Part shown: one piece after another, positions 10,652 through 21,817 of the stretch | How positions within the stretch are numbered: the first letter of the stretch is position 1 | Layout of the letters: each line of letters begins with the position of its first letter | Origin: Candidatus Latescibacterota bacterium | Lineage (GTDB): Bacteria > Latescibacterota > UBA2968 | Direction of reading: 5' to 3' | Assembly: GCA_965198115.1 (NCBI GenBank) | Contig: OZ240241.1 | Location: forward strand, 6,112,001-6,176,000 | Length of the DNA stretch: 64,000 bases | The notes under the pieces: model-generated | Seen by the model: the letters and a program-made list of their open reading frames with translations, nothing else | The model's database searches: none | Told to the model about the DNA's origin: nothing | Made by a program: the position numbers and the translations under genes

Positions 10652-13624
10652 GTGAACCTCAACCCTCGACAACTCCAGGCTGTCCACGCGCCCATCGGCC
10701 CCGTCCTCGTCGTAGCCGGACCCGGGACGGGGAAGACCCGCGTTCTTACGGAGCGCATCCGCTATCTCGTCACCTGCCACGGGGCTCCTCCCGAATCGAT
10801 TCTGGCCCTGACCTTCACCAACCGGGCGGCCGGCGAGCTGGCGGACCGACTGACAGACATCCAGCCGCTCGATCAACCGATCCAGGCAGCGACGTTCCAT
10901 CGTTTCTGCCTGAACGTACTCCGAACACACGCATCGACGGCCGGGCTGCATCCTCGCTTTGCGCTGGCCGACCCCGATCTTCAGCGCACGGTGCTCTATC
11001 GATCGATTCCGAACCTGAGTGCGGAAGAAAGCAACCTTTTGAACACCGTCCGCCATCTCGAAGCCATCAAACGGAAGCGACGCGAAGACGACCACCCGCT
11101 CTCGACGGGCGACCGTGAACTCTACGAAGCTTACACCGAAGAAATGAAGCGGGAAAGACTACTCGACTTCGACGACCTCATCACGCTAAGCATCGATCTC
11201 TTTCGGAAAAACCCTTCCGTCCTGGCCGATTACCAGAATCGCTGCGCGCACATCCTCGTCGACGAATTCCAGGACACCGACCGGTCCCAGTACGAGCTCC
11301 TCCATCTCCTGGCAGAGCGGAGTCGAAGTCTGTTCGTCGTCACCGACGCTCGCCAAACGATCTACGCGTGGCGATCCGCCGACCCGGAAAACCTGGTCCG
11401 TCTCCGTCGTGATTTTCCGAAGCTATCACCCCCGCTGACCCTGGAAGAGAATTACCGATCCTCACGGAACATCCTCGCTGCGGCATCGGCCGTCATCACG
11501 CCCTCGAGCAACGAACCCTCACCCATCCGTTCGATGCGCGAAGGCGCACCGATCAGAGTTCTCGCCTTCCCATCGTCTCTCGACGAAGCACGGTTCATGC
11601 TCGGCGAAATCAAAAGCCAGCTGGGTCAGGATGATCTCCAACCACCTGACATCGCCGTCCTCTATCCCCAACACGCGATCGGGGACGAAATCGAGCGCGT
11701 CTTCATGGAAGGCACGCTCCCCTGTTCACTTGCTCATCAAAGAGGGACCTTCGAACAGCCCGTCATACGACACTGTCTCTCGGCGTTGCGATACGCCCTG
11801 AACAGCGAGAATGACGCCGGTCTCGAGGACTTCCTCCGCAAGGAGCTCGATGCGTTCGATCTCGCCATCTATCCGGCTATCCGCGCGCATCAACGCCAAC
11901 GAGGAACCAGCTTCAAACAGGCCGTCTTCGACTACATCCAAACCGCCCCACGAGAGACGCGTCGACTCGTAGAACGTGTCGTCGGACTCGCCGGATCGGC
12001 CGCCGGCGCCCTTCAGCACGGAAGTCGACAATCCTTCTCGAGTCTGGTTTCCGACCTGCTCGATCAGCTCCATCAGGAGACCGAGCCCACAGTGCGGGCG
12101 GAACTCGAGAGAGTCAGCGATCCAGCCGCCCTCTCAGAAGTCACCTCTGTTGCGCAACACGTGAGCACCATCCTCGACCGCAAGGGTCGAATCTACGTCA
12201 CAGGCGATGAAGTTCTCGCGCATCTGGTCGCACGCATCCTGCGCCGTGGTTTCAGGGGGAATGGGGCCGAAATCCTCGTTGCCTCCCGCGGTCACCGTAT
12301 GGACCTGAGCGACGAAGCGATCGCTCTTTCTGTCGATCGGAACCCGGTAGACCCACTCCTCTCCCTCACGAGCGACGGGATGGGACCCGTGCTTACGGCC
12401 TACAAGGTCGTACAGCTGCTCCTCACGCCTTCCGATCGAGATCTTCAGGACTACGTCGCCCTCGACGTCGAAACCACGGACATCGATCTCGACAGGGCCG
12501 AAATCATCGAGCTGGGCGCCGTACGCGTGCGGCGCGGAAACATTATCGGTCGTTTCCACACGATGGTCCGGCCCAGGGGCAAAGTCACACCCGGCGCCGT
12601 CGAGACACACGGCATCACGAACGCCGCACTGTCCGATGCCCCGACGTTTCGTGACGCCGGTCATCGATTTGTGAATTTCGTCGGGAACGACGTTCTTATC
12701 GCTCACAACGGTTATGGCTTCGATTTTCGGGTACTCAACCGCGAGTTCGATCGCAACGGACTGGCCCGGATCCCCAACGCCCGGTTCGACACGCTGCCCC
12801 TGGCTCGGAGCTACTACCCCGAGGGCCCCAACTCGGTCGACGCCCTGGCTGACCGATTCAAGATCGACATCGAGACCGGCCGTCACCGTGCGCTCCACGA
12901 CGCTCGATTTCTTCACCAGATTGTCCAGGGTCTGATGCGCGAGAGAGCGGCAAGGGCCCGCAAGGGCGCGCTCGAGAGTGCGCTCGACACAGTCGCGCTC
13001 GCTCTCCTCTTCCAACCTTCCGATTTCGACCGTCGCTGGACCCCCGAAGAAGAGATCCTCTACAACCTGGGCGGCATGCGACTCCTCGGTCCATCCAACA
13101 CGGAATGCGCGAGCCTTTGTCGCGCCTTTCCCAGATTGTCGCCCGAGACCCTCGCCACCCGCATCCGGAGCGCGCTTCGGGAAGAGCCGACCGCCTCGAA
13201 ACTCGCCTCCCAGGCGCCCGAGCAGATGCAGCGATTGAAGAACCTCTCGAAGACGTTCGAGCGAAGGACGTCGACCACGAGAGAGGCCATCGAACAGCTT
13301 CTGGACTTTGCGGGTCTGCATCGCCTGGAAAGCGATCGTCAACGTTCGAACGCGGTTCACCTCCTCACACTCCACGCCGCCAAAGGCCTCGAGTTTCGCC
13401 ACGTCTACATCTGCGGCCTGGAAGAGAAGACGCTCCCCAACGCCCGCGCAGTCAACACCGGCAACCGAGATGAAATGGACGAACAAAGGCGTCTCCTTTA
13501 CGTCGGCATGACTCGAGCGAAGGACCGACTGACCCTCACACACGCCGAGCGGAGACCGGGTCGGGCAAACCTCGAGCCGTCCCACTTCCTCGCAGACATC
13601 CTCCCTCATCTTCGCCAATCGTAA
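10652..13624 (+). CDS. UvrD/PcrA-like SF1A helicase with inserted DnaQ-like (DEDDh) 3'-5' exonuclease
   Basis: Helicase motifs AGPGTGKT, VDEFQD, QTIYAWRSA, LEENYRS, TLHAAKGLEF, RRLLYVGMTRAK. Exonuclease motifs ALDVETT, AHNGYGFD, HRALHDA at ~12450-12905. Confidence 0.9.
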   Translation: MNLNPRQLQAVHAPIGPVLVVAGPGTGKTRVLTERIRYLVTCHGAPPESILALTFTNRAAGELADRLTDIQPLDQPIQAATFHRFCLNVLRTHASTAGLHPRFALADPDLQRTVLYRSIPNLSAEESNLLNTVRHLEAIKRKRREDDHPLSTGDRELYEAYTEEMKRERLLDFDDLITLSIDLFRKNPSVLADYQNRCAHILVDEFQDTDRSQYELLHLLAERSRSLFVVTDARQTIYAWRSADPENLVRLRRDFPKLSPPLTLEENYRSSRNILAAASAVITPSSNEPSPIRSMREGAPIRVLAFPSSLDEARFMLGEIKSQLGQDDLQPPDIAVLYPQHAIGDEIERVFMEGTLPCSLAHQRGTFEQPVIRHCLSALRYALNSENDAGLEDFLRKELDAFDLAIYPAIRAHQRQRGTSFKQAVFDYIQTAPRETRRLVERVVGLAGSAAGALQHGSRQSFSSLVSDLLDQLHQETEPTVRAELERVSDPAALSEVTSVAQHVSTILDRKGRIYVTGDEVLAHLVARILRRGFRGNGAEILVASRGHRMDLSDEAIALSVDRNPVDPLLSLTSDGMGPVLTAYKVVQLLLTPSDRDLQDYVALDVETTDIDLDRAEIIELGAVRVRRGNIIGRFHTMVRPRGKVTPGAVETHGITNAALSDAPTFRDAGHRFVNFVGNDVLIAHNGYGFDFRVLNREFDRNGLARIPNARFDTLPLARSYYPEGPNSVDALADRFKIDIETGRHRALHDARFLHQIVQGLMRERAARARKGALESALDTVALALLFQPSDFDRRWTPEEEILYNLGGMRLLGPSNTECASLCRAFPRLSPETLATRIRSALREEPTASKLASQAPEQMQRLKNLSKTFERRTSTTREAIEQLLDFAGLHRLESDRQRSNAVHLLTLHAAKGLEFRHVYICGLEEKTLPNARAVNTGNRDEMDEQRRLLYVGMTRAKDRLTLTHAERRPGRANLEPSHFLADILPHLRQS

Positions 13625-13662
13625 GAGGTAGGCGGTCGGTCGTCGGAAAAGCTTCAGATAAT

Positions 13663-13693
13663 TTGTCCTCCTCCCAAACACGGGGCGTATAAT
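13663..13693 (+). promoter_or_regulatory. Possible sigma-70 promoter for lpxH-like/glpK
   Basis: Perfect TATAAT at 13688-13693; TTGTCC 19 nt upstream (spacer longer than ideal). Confidence 0.35.
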
Positions 13694-13733
13694 ATGTTTC
13701 GTCCCCACCGGAATCTTCCGGCCAGGGTTTTCC

Positions 13734-13760
13734 CTCCGTGTTCTCCGTGTCCTCAGTGGC
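13734..13760 (+). repeat. Short tandem repeat, 3 x 9 nt (CTCCGTGTY-like)
   Basis: ctccgtgtt ctccgtgtc ctcagtggc, intergenic. Confidence 0.6.
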
Positions 13761-13782
13761 TGCCTTGTCTTTCGGGGTTTTC

Positions 13783-14550
13783 TTGTCCAAACCGGTCTAC
13801 TTCATCTCCGACATTCACCTCGGCGAACCCTACCCACAACGGAATCCCCGCGAAAAGGAAGATGCTCTCATCGCGTTTCTCCAGCACGTGAGGGAGCGTG
13901 CCGACACGCTTTACATTGTCGGCGACCTCTTCGATTTCTGGTTCGAGTATAAACGGTCCGTTCCAACAACGGGTGCCCGCGTGGTCTTCGAACTGTATGC
14001 GGCCGTGCAGGGCGGACTGCGCATCGTCAGTCTCCCGGGCAACCACGACATCTGGATCGGTGATTACCTGTCGCGGCAGGTGGGTCTCGAACTGCCCGGA
14101 GGCCCCGTCGATACGGAAATCCAGGGGCGCAGGGTCCTCATTGCCCACGGCGATGAATTCCGCGAAGACCTGCCCTTCCGTATCAGCCGTGGCATACTCA
14201 AAAGTTCCTTCTGCATTCGCCTGTTCAGCTGGATCCATCCCGACGTCGGCGTGAGGCTGGGCCGATGGACCTCTCACCTGTCCGAGGCCAGGACGGGAAA
14301 CACACATGTTCACAACAGGCGAGTTTACACCAAAGCCGCGAATCGATTACTCGCTGGAGACGCCGACGTGGTCGTGTTCGGCCACTATCACGCGCCGATT
14401 GTCGAACAGCTCGACGGAGGCACGTTGATCGTCCTCGGCGACTGGGTCATCGAAGACAGCTATGCTGTTCTGGAAGATGGGACGTTCAGACTCATGCGGT
14501 GGGAAAACGGCAAGGGCGTGGAAGTCTCATCGACGGTCGCGACAGCGTGA
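13783..14550 (+). CDS. lpxH: UDP-2,3-diacylglucosamine diphosphatase (LpxH-like metallophosphoesterase)
   Basis: FISDIHLG, VGDLFDFWFEY, PGNHD, AHGD, FGHYH, LGDW. TTG start at 13783 is inferred. Confidence 0.8.
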   Translation: MSKPVYFISDIHLGEPYPQRNPREKEDALIAFLQHVRERADTLYIVGDLFDFWFEYKRSVPTTGARVVFELYAAVQGGLRIVSLPGNHDIWIGDYLSRQVGLELPGGPVDTEIQGRRVLIAHGDEFREDLPFRISRGILKSSFCIRLFSWIHPDVGVRLGRWTSHLSEARTGNTHVHNRRVYTKAANRLLAGDADVVVFGHYHAPIVEQLDGGTLIVLGDWVIEDSYAVLEDGTFRLMRWENGKGVEVSSTVATA

Positions 14551-14569
14551 CGACGCCGGCGTTCAGAAA

Positions 14570-16050
14570 ATGATCCTCGCCATCGATCAGGGCACGACGG
14601 GAACGCGGGCCGTCATCGTCGACGCCACCGGGCGCTACGTGTCATCAGCCTACCAGGAGTTCCCCCAGATCTTTCCCCAGCCCGGCTGGGTCTCGCACGA
14701 CATCCGCGAGATCTGGACCTCCACGACCGACGTGATCGACAAGGCTCTCTCCGACGCCACCTCGTCCGAAATCGTCGGAATCGGCATCACCAACCAACGT
14801 GAAACGACCGTCATCTGGGACCGCAGGACCGGCGAGCCGGCTCACGACGCCATCGTCTGGCAATGCCGTCGCACGACCGACCTGTGTCGGGCGTATCGCG
14901 ATGCGGGACTCACGGACACCGTCGCCGAGAGAACCGGACTCGTCATCGATCCCTATTTCTCAGCCACTAAAATCGTATGGCTGCTCCAAAACGTGAAAGG
15001 GCTCCGTCAACGAGCCGATGCAGGGGAGCTCTGCTTCGGAACGATGGACAGCTTCCTCCTCTTCAAGCTGACGGGGGGCGCAGTTCACGCGATGGACGTC
15101 ACAAACGCGTCTCGTACGATGATCTTCAACATTCACGATCAGCGATGGGACGACGATCTCTGCGAAGGCTTCGACATCCCGCCATCCCTTCTTCCCGAAG
15201 TCTACCCGTCAGCCCACGCTTTTGGAGTCACGGTGAGCGGCCTCGGTTCGCTGCCCGCCGGGATCCCCATCGCGGGAATGGCCGGAGACCAGCAATCGGC
15301 CCTCTTTGGACAACGCGGAACCTCCATCGGGGACATCAAGAACACTTACGGAACGGGCTGCTTTACCCTCTTCCAGACGGGTGATCGTGCGATCGCATCC
15401 CACAACGGGTTACTCACGACCATCTCCTGTGGCGCCAACGGTCTACCTGCCTATGCACTCGAAGGTGCTGTCTTCAGCGCGGGTTCGGCCGTTCAATGGC
15501 TCCGCGACGGTTTGGGGATCATTCAAAACGCCGCCGATACCGAGGATCTTGCCCGCTCGATTTCCAACACCGATGGCGTCTACCTGTCCCCGCTTTCACC
15601 GGCCTGGGCGCGCCGCACTGGGACCCGGACGCCAGGGCAACGCTCGTCGGCATCACGCGCGGCACCGAACGGGCCCACATTGCGCGCGCGGCTTTGGAAT
15701 CGATCGCCTACCAAACCGCCGACCTCATCCACGCCATGTCCGCCGACGCCGGCAGCCCCGTTACATCCCTTCGTGTCGACGGTGGCGCGTCGGCCAACGA
15801 CTTTCTCTTGCAGTTTCAGGCCGACATCCTCGACGTGACTGTCGTTCGGCCCAGGAACATCGAGACCACAGCCATCGGCGCAGCCATGCTCGCTGGCCTC
15901 GTCACCGGCGTCTGGCAGTCGTCGGACCTCTCGGACCTCAATCCTCCGGAAAGAACCTTCGACCCATCAATGGATGCCGACCGACGCGCCTCATTGCTCC
16001 ACGGTTGGCATCGTGCGGTCGACACCGCTCGCCGCCACGGATCGCTGTAG
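14570..16050 (+). CDS. glpK: Glycerol kinase; one apparent frameshift
   Basis: [47 protein letters not shown]. Restoring a G near 15586 gives [15 protein letters not shown] and continues to [15 protein letters not shown]. Confidence 0.92.
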
Positions 16051-16174
16051 CCACCACACGCATAAGACCGCTTAAGTTGTGGCTACGCGTCCCTGTGCAC
16101 AATACAGGGACGAGGGGATCGCATCGTCTATCAAAAACCCGCGCCACGCCTCGCCCTCGTGCTCTGCACGAGGG
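16047..16174. repeat. Three consecutive inverted repeats between convergent genes (REP-like or bidirectional terminator)
   Basis: GTAGCCAC 16047-54 / GTGGCTAC 16079-86; CGTCCCTGT 16088-96 / ACAGGGACG 16104-12; CCCTCGTGC 16154-62 / GCACGAGGG 16166-74. Confidence 0.6.
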
Positions 16175-16198
16175 TGCTGTTCGGCGTAACCCTGATGC

Positions 16199-17369
16199 TC
16201 AACCCGAGTAGGGCGCAATCGCTTTAGACCGCAAGTATTCGACATTCAGATCGAAGCCCAGGCCCGGCCGACGTGACAGATGCAGATGTCCATCGCGAAC
16301 GTCGAGCGGATGATCGACCAGGACATCATACGCGTTGAGCTTTGCGCGGCTCGTCTCGAGCTTGTAGAAATTCGGAACCGTCATCATCACGTGGGCGCCG
16401 GCAACGACGTTGATCGGGCCGCTCGCATCGTGAGGCGTGATCGGAACATAGTAGGCTTCAGCCAATGTCGCGATCTTCTTCAACTCGGAAATGCCACCGG
16501 CCCAGGTCACGTCGGGCATCACATAATCGGCCAGTTTGTTCTCGAAGATGGGGACGAACTCATAGCGGGTATGGAGTCGTTCCCCTACACAGATGGGCAC
16601 ACTGATATGCTCGCGGACTTGAGCCAGCGCGTTGTAGGACTCGACAGGAACCGGTTCCTCGAACCATCCGATCTTGTAGGGTGCGAGCCGGTCCGCGAGA
16701 CGGATCGCGGTTGCTACGTCGAACCGACCGTGACAGTCGATCAGGATCTCCGTTTCGGGACCGACAACCTCACGAACGGCGGCAATCAGGGCGACACCGT
16801 GCTCCTCGCCCCCGAACGACATCTGTCCACTCAGATAGCCCCGCGATTCTTCGGGTTGCGTGGGGGAAAGGATCCGTCTTGAGCGCCGTGTGTCCCGTAT
16901 CGACGATCGCCTTGCAGTGAGCGGCCGTCGCGTCGATTTCCCTGCGGCCGCCCGGATGCGTATAAAGGGCAATCGATTCCCGAACAGGACCCCCGAAAAG
17001 GTCATAAATCGGTTGACCCAATTCTTTCCCGCGGATGTCCCAAAGGGCAATGTCGATCGCGCTGACAACGTTCGAAGTCGCCCCACGCGTACCCATATAC
17101 GTGAAAGCGCGGAAAACCTCGTTCCAGATCGCCTCGATGTGCGAGACGTCTTTCCCCTTCAGAAGATGCTCGCACTCTCCTAGGATCGCGCAGACCGCAC
17201 GGTTGGCGTATCGGTAAGTGCCCGTAATCTCACCCCAGCCTGTCAGACCCTCATCCGTGTCGATCTGGAGAAAGACGTATTCTCGTTCGTAACCGAGAGA
17301 TTCACCTGCCGTATCCAAGTAGGGTGCTTGGGATTGAATAAGCCAGGGAACAACGCGTGAAATTTTCAT
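16199..17369 (-). CDS. Mandelate racemase / galactonate dehydratase-like enolase-superfamily enzyme; one apparent frameshift
   Basis: TDEGLTGWGE, SAIDIALWDIRGK, KTDPF, IDCHGRF, WFEEP, GERL, PDV, PHD. Frames join by removing one base from G5 at 16863-16867. GAGGAGG RBS before ATG 17369. Confidence 0.88.
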
Positions 17370-17468
17370 GCACGTCCTCCTCAAATTTCCATCCACAACG
17401 CTCAACCATTCCCGGTAAACATCCTCGAACCGGTTTGTCAGCCTCGCTTTACAGCTCGACCGTACACG

Positions 17469-17500
17469 AAAAAACCGCCGACGCGGTAACGTCGGCGGTT
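17469..17500 (-). terminator. Intrinsic terminator
   Basis: AACCGCCGACG / CGTCGGCGGTT stem followed by a T-tract on the minus strand, just after the 17519 stop. Confidence 0.8.
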
Positions 17501-17518
17501 CATCGATTCTCCAAGGGG

Positions 17519-17731
17519 CTAACCGAGCAAATCCACACGCCCCCCAACGCCTTCCTGCCGCCCCGCGTTGATCTGCCGAAAGGTATTGTTCAGCAGACCT
17601 TGACTCGCGCGTCGCGGCGTTTCGACGCTTCCCTCTGCGTTCTTTGGTGCCGGAAGAGGCCCCCGAGGCATCGCGAAGTTCTGAAGCAGCATCTTCGGGC
17701 TGAGATCGGGGCCTGCTACGCGTCCGGGCAT
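17519..17731 (-). CDS. Small 70-aa hypothetical protein (C-terminus GGRVDLLG, YjfB-like ending)
   Basis: GGAGG RBS 5 nt before ATG 17731 and its own terminator downstream. Confidence 0.6.
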   Translation of the reverse strand: MPGRVAGPDLSPKMLLQNFAMPRGPLPAPKNAEGSVETPRRASQGLLNNTFRQINAGRQEGVGGRVDLLG

Positions 17732-17987
17732 GGAATCCTCCAGGAAAAGGGGTGGTCCTTTTCCATCCATGGGGTCGGACGTCAATCCTTGACTGCTTCA
17801 AGAATAGCGCATTTCAAATGTTGGTGCAAGCACCTTTTTTGACATTACTTCTTAATCTACTCGACTTACGATCTGTGGAAATGGGGTGGCGATCGCAGAC
17901 GGTTGTGGCTGCCCATGTTCCAGCCACCCTATCACAGGCTGAGTCGGATCAGGACAGAAACTCGGACTAACTCTCAGAAGATTTGTC

Positions 17988-20900
17988 TTGGACAGAACCA
18001 GGAACATACTCATAGGCCTGTTCGCTGCGGCCACGGTAATCGGGTGGCTCTGTTTCGACGAACGGTTGTTCCCGATCGGCGACAATGCCGAATTCATCGT
18101 TCTGGCACGCAGCATCCTGCAGGGCGAGGGACTCTCCTACATCAATGGTCCGATCCCGGAGCCTTCCAGCAAATATCCACCCGGATTCCCTCTGATCCTC
18201 ACCATCCCCGAGCTGATCAGTCCGGGGAATCTCGACCTGATGAAGTCGGTCAGCATCTTCTTTTTCGCCCTCGTCGTTCCGCTCACGTGGATCCTCATCC
18301 GCAAAGTGGATTCCGAGGAAATGGCGTGGCTCGGACAGGGTGTGTTCTGGCCTCCACTCACCTGATCGATTACTCCCACATGATTCTGTCCGAGATGCCC
18401 TACGCGGCCTTCTCGCTAGCGGCGCTATGGGTCGTGATCGAGTCGCGTCGACTCATCGACGACCGACGCGCTGCCGCCTTCATCGCGCTGGCGGTCGTCC
18501 TGACCTTCTACATACGGTCGATCGGAGTGGCGCTCGTCGTGGGGGCCATCGTGGCACAGTTCCTCGACGGGCGCACCAGGCGGGGTCTGCTCCTCACCGG
18601 AGCGTCCTTTCTGCTTGTCCTTCCCTGGATGCTCATCAGCGGCGTTTACTTCGATCAACTCACCCACGTCAACCCGTACCAGACTGAGCAGAGTACCTCG
18701 GTCTCGGTGAACAGCCTGCTCGACCGCCTCGGTACGAACGCCCTGGCCTACGGCCTGGGACACCTGCCGAACGCTTTGATACCTTTCCAGCACTTCTCCC
18801 GGGAATCCGGTTGGATCACGAAGACGGTGGCGATCTTTCTGGACATCCTGATCGCCTATTTCTTCGTCAGTCGGCTCAGACAGGGAAAGCAGCGCGTGGT
18901 AGGGATCTACCTCGGTGTCTACCTGGGGGTCGTTCTCTTCTGGCCCGAGGTCTGGGGTGACATCAGGTTTATCGTACCCGCCATTCCATTGTTCATCTAT
19001 GCGGTCTTATGCGGAATGAAAGAACTCCTGTCCGCAGCGGGCCAGGAGAAAGCTGGACGCTGGGCGTTCATCGCCCTCGGTATTCTGTTGTTCTCGTCGA
19101 ATGCCTTGGCCAGTTGGTGGAAGTTCCCTGACGATACGTCCTATCACAAGGCCTGGCAGCACTACTTCGCTGCGGCAACCTGGGTCCGAGCGAACACCCA
19201 TCCAGATGCGATCGTCGCGTGCAGGAAACCTTACCTCCTGCACGTCGTCTCGGGCAGGAGAACCATTTCGTATCCCTGGAAAGAACCCAAAGAAATCCTC
19301 TTTGCTTTCGAGAAACAGAACGTCGATTTCGTCGTCCTCGATCAGATTTCCAAATCCTCGCAGGAATACCTGGCACCTACAATCAGGCAGAACAGGAAGA
19401 ACTTCCTGGCCGTTCAGGTCTACGATCGTCCTCAGACGATGGTCCTGGAGTTCTTTCCTGATTCACCAAAAGACTCGAACAACCGGATACAGAGGAAGCT
19501 CGCAGCTCTGAGGAAGGCCCTGGGTTACGCGCCATCGAACAAAAGACTATGGAGACAACTCTTCTCCGTTGGGACGATGCTTCAGCAGAGAGGCAGCCTT
19601 GACCAGGCCCTCGAAGTCTACGAGGAGGTCTCACTCGAAATGGAGAACAACTCGATCCTGTTCCACAACCTCGGGCTCCTCTACTCTGCACGCGGCCGCT
19701 ACGATGAGTCGGCTGTAGCCTTCGAGAAGGCAGTCGCCATGTCGCCGGAAAGGGCGGCCGGCCACCTCGGGCTGGCTCAAGCCTATGAGAAGCTGGGAAA
19801 GGATACCGAGGCGGTAGCCGCGGCTCGAAGATCGATCGCCGTGAACGCGACGGCTAAAGCCCACCGATTCCTCGGGAGAACCGAACGCCGGGCGGGTAGC
19901 CTTGAAGCAGCGGAGAACGCCTATCGGAAAGCACTGGAAATCGACGCCGGAGACAATCAGTCGTGGTACGGCTTGGCTTCCCTTCTATCGGAAAGAAGGG
20001 AATTCGACGAAGCGGCCCAGATCCTACACGACCTGGTCAGGAAACTGGAGCATCAGCCTAAAATAAGGCTCTATCCGGGTTTCTCAACGGTGAAACTATA
20101 GAATGACAAGGTCATAGATCGTTCCCTACGCTTGGTTGTGTGTGTAGGACAATCAAAGCGAAGGGGGTGCAACCTATGACCGGGAGCAGATTACTATCGA
20201 AACTGCTGAGATTCAAGGGGTTCCGTGTTGTCAGCTGGTGGTTTGAGGGGAGAAGCTGCTTCGTCATCGCCGTAAAGCCACATAAGAATGGTTGTTGTTG
20301 TCCGGAGTGCGGCCGTCGAGGTAAAATCGTCCGCACAATGCCCATCTGCGTCGGTGGCGTGACATTCCGGTGTGCGGGTGGAGGGTCTGGCTTCTCTACC
20401 ATCCTCGGGAGATTCGGTGTCCTACCCACGGTCGTGTGGTCGAGGAGATTCCGTGGGCGGAGCGGTTCTCTCGGGTGACGTATCGCTTCGAGTATGCCAT
20501 GCTGCGCTACTGCCAGACCATGACGCAGAAGGCGGCGTCCGAGTTGCTGCGCATCTCTGCCTCGACGCTGTCGGATCTCCTTCACCGATCCATCACGCGG
20601 CTTCGTGAAGGTCATCGTATCCGAGGGCTCAAAACCATCGGGATCGACGAGATCTCCTACGCCAAGCGTCACAGGTACGCCACGCTCGTTTACGATCTGG
20701 ACCGCTCCTGCGTGGGTGTGGGTTGGCCGCGGCAGGGCGCGTAAAACGATCGATCGGTTCTTCACAGAGGCTCTCAGTCCCTACCAGAGATCCAAGATCG
20801 AGTGGGCCTGCTGCGACATGAGCGAAGCTTACATCGGAGCCATCCAGGAATATTGTCCGAATGCCAAGCTGGTCCTCGATCGCTTTCACATCGTCAAGGC

Positions 20901-21691
20901 TCTCAATGCCGCCGTTGACGAGGTCCGTAAGGACCAGTGGCGTAAAGCTGCCCCGGATGAGCGCAAAGCCATGAAGGGCCTCCGATGGCTCCTCTACCGG
21001 CACTCAGCGACACGCTCCAGAGGGGATACTCGGACACTCAAAGCACTGGAGAAGGCGAACTACCGAATCTATAGAGCCTGGAGACTCAAGGACGAGTTCG
21101 AGCAGTTCTGGGAATACAAAGCGCCCTGGGCTGCCGAACGCTTCCTGAAATGCTGGACGACGTCCGCACTCAGAAGTCGACTTGAACCCCTGCGAAAGTT
21201 CGTCAGGACCCTGCGACAGCACTTCTTCGGCGTCCTCGCATTCGTGAACACGCGTCTTACCAACGCCATCGCCGAAGGCCTCAACCGAATCGTCCAAATC
21301 GTCAAGAACCGAGCCAGCGGATTCCGCACACTCGACGCATTCAACGATATGATCTTCCTTACCGTCGGAGACATAAACATCCCTGAGCAGATTCCGAAGA
21401 GGTTCCGCACACTCTAACCGCGCCCCCATGCCAGGAACCACGGCACCTTCACCCACTTCATCTCGTTGAGAGATCCGGATATAGCCTAAAATAAGGGCGG
21501 ACCTGGTCGACGTTCTCCTCCATATAGGTCGCACGGAAGACGCAGACCGAAATTTTCGAGTCCTAGTGAACAATCACGCCGAGATGACTCTTCGGGGTGA
21601 CCTGTCTCAGAGAACTCGAGCGCTCGCCGATCGACTGGGGGCCCAACTCGGTGTATCGGCCGTATCACTCCTGCCGGGGAAGGGGAACTGA
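17988..21691 (+). pseudogene. GT-C (ArnT/PMT-like) membrane glycosyltransferase with C-terminal TPR repeats, interrupted by ISL3
   Basis: GDNAEFIVLARSI, KYPPGFPL, ILSEMPY, RSIG, RFIVPAIP, then TPR helices. Apparent frameshift near 18333. Removing the IS restores HQPKIR|ADLVDVLLHIGRTEDA to TGA at 21691. Confidence 0.8.
20067..21486 (+). mobile_element. ISL3-family IS, copy 1 (1420 bp); transposase has compensating -1/+1 indels
   Basis: 23-bp IRs GGCTCTATCCGGGTTTCTCAACG / GGCTATATCCGGATCTCTCAACG; 8-bp TSD TAAAATAA at 20059-66 and 21487-94; indels near 20342 and 20715. Confidence 0.95.
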
Positions 21692-21817
21692 TCGCGGAAG
21701 AATTCGTTCAGCGATCAGTCTTGGAATAGACAAGTCGATCGACAATGTGCAGCGTGCACAACAGCGACGGATGACTCTATCATTCAACCACACTCGCCAC
21801 CCAACACATTTCAGCCT

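Noticed and set aside
12134-13708. 524-aa minus-strand ORF
   Set aside because: Antisense shadow of the helicase, expected in GC-rich DNA; no motifs.
21004-21573. Recurrent antisense ORFs in each ISL3 copy (ECAEPLRNLL..., MPVEEPSEAL...)
   Set aside because: They recur only because the IS is repeated; their starts vary with flanking DNA.
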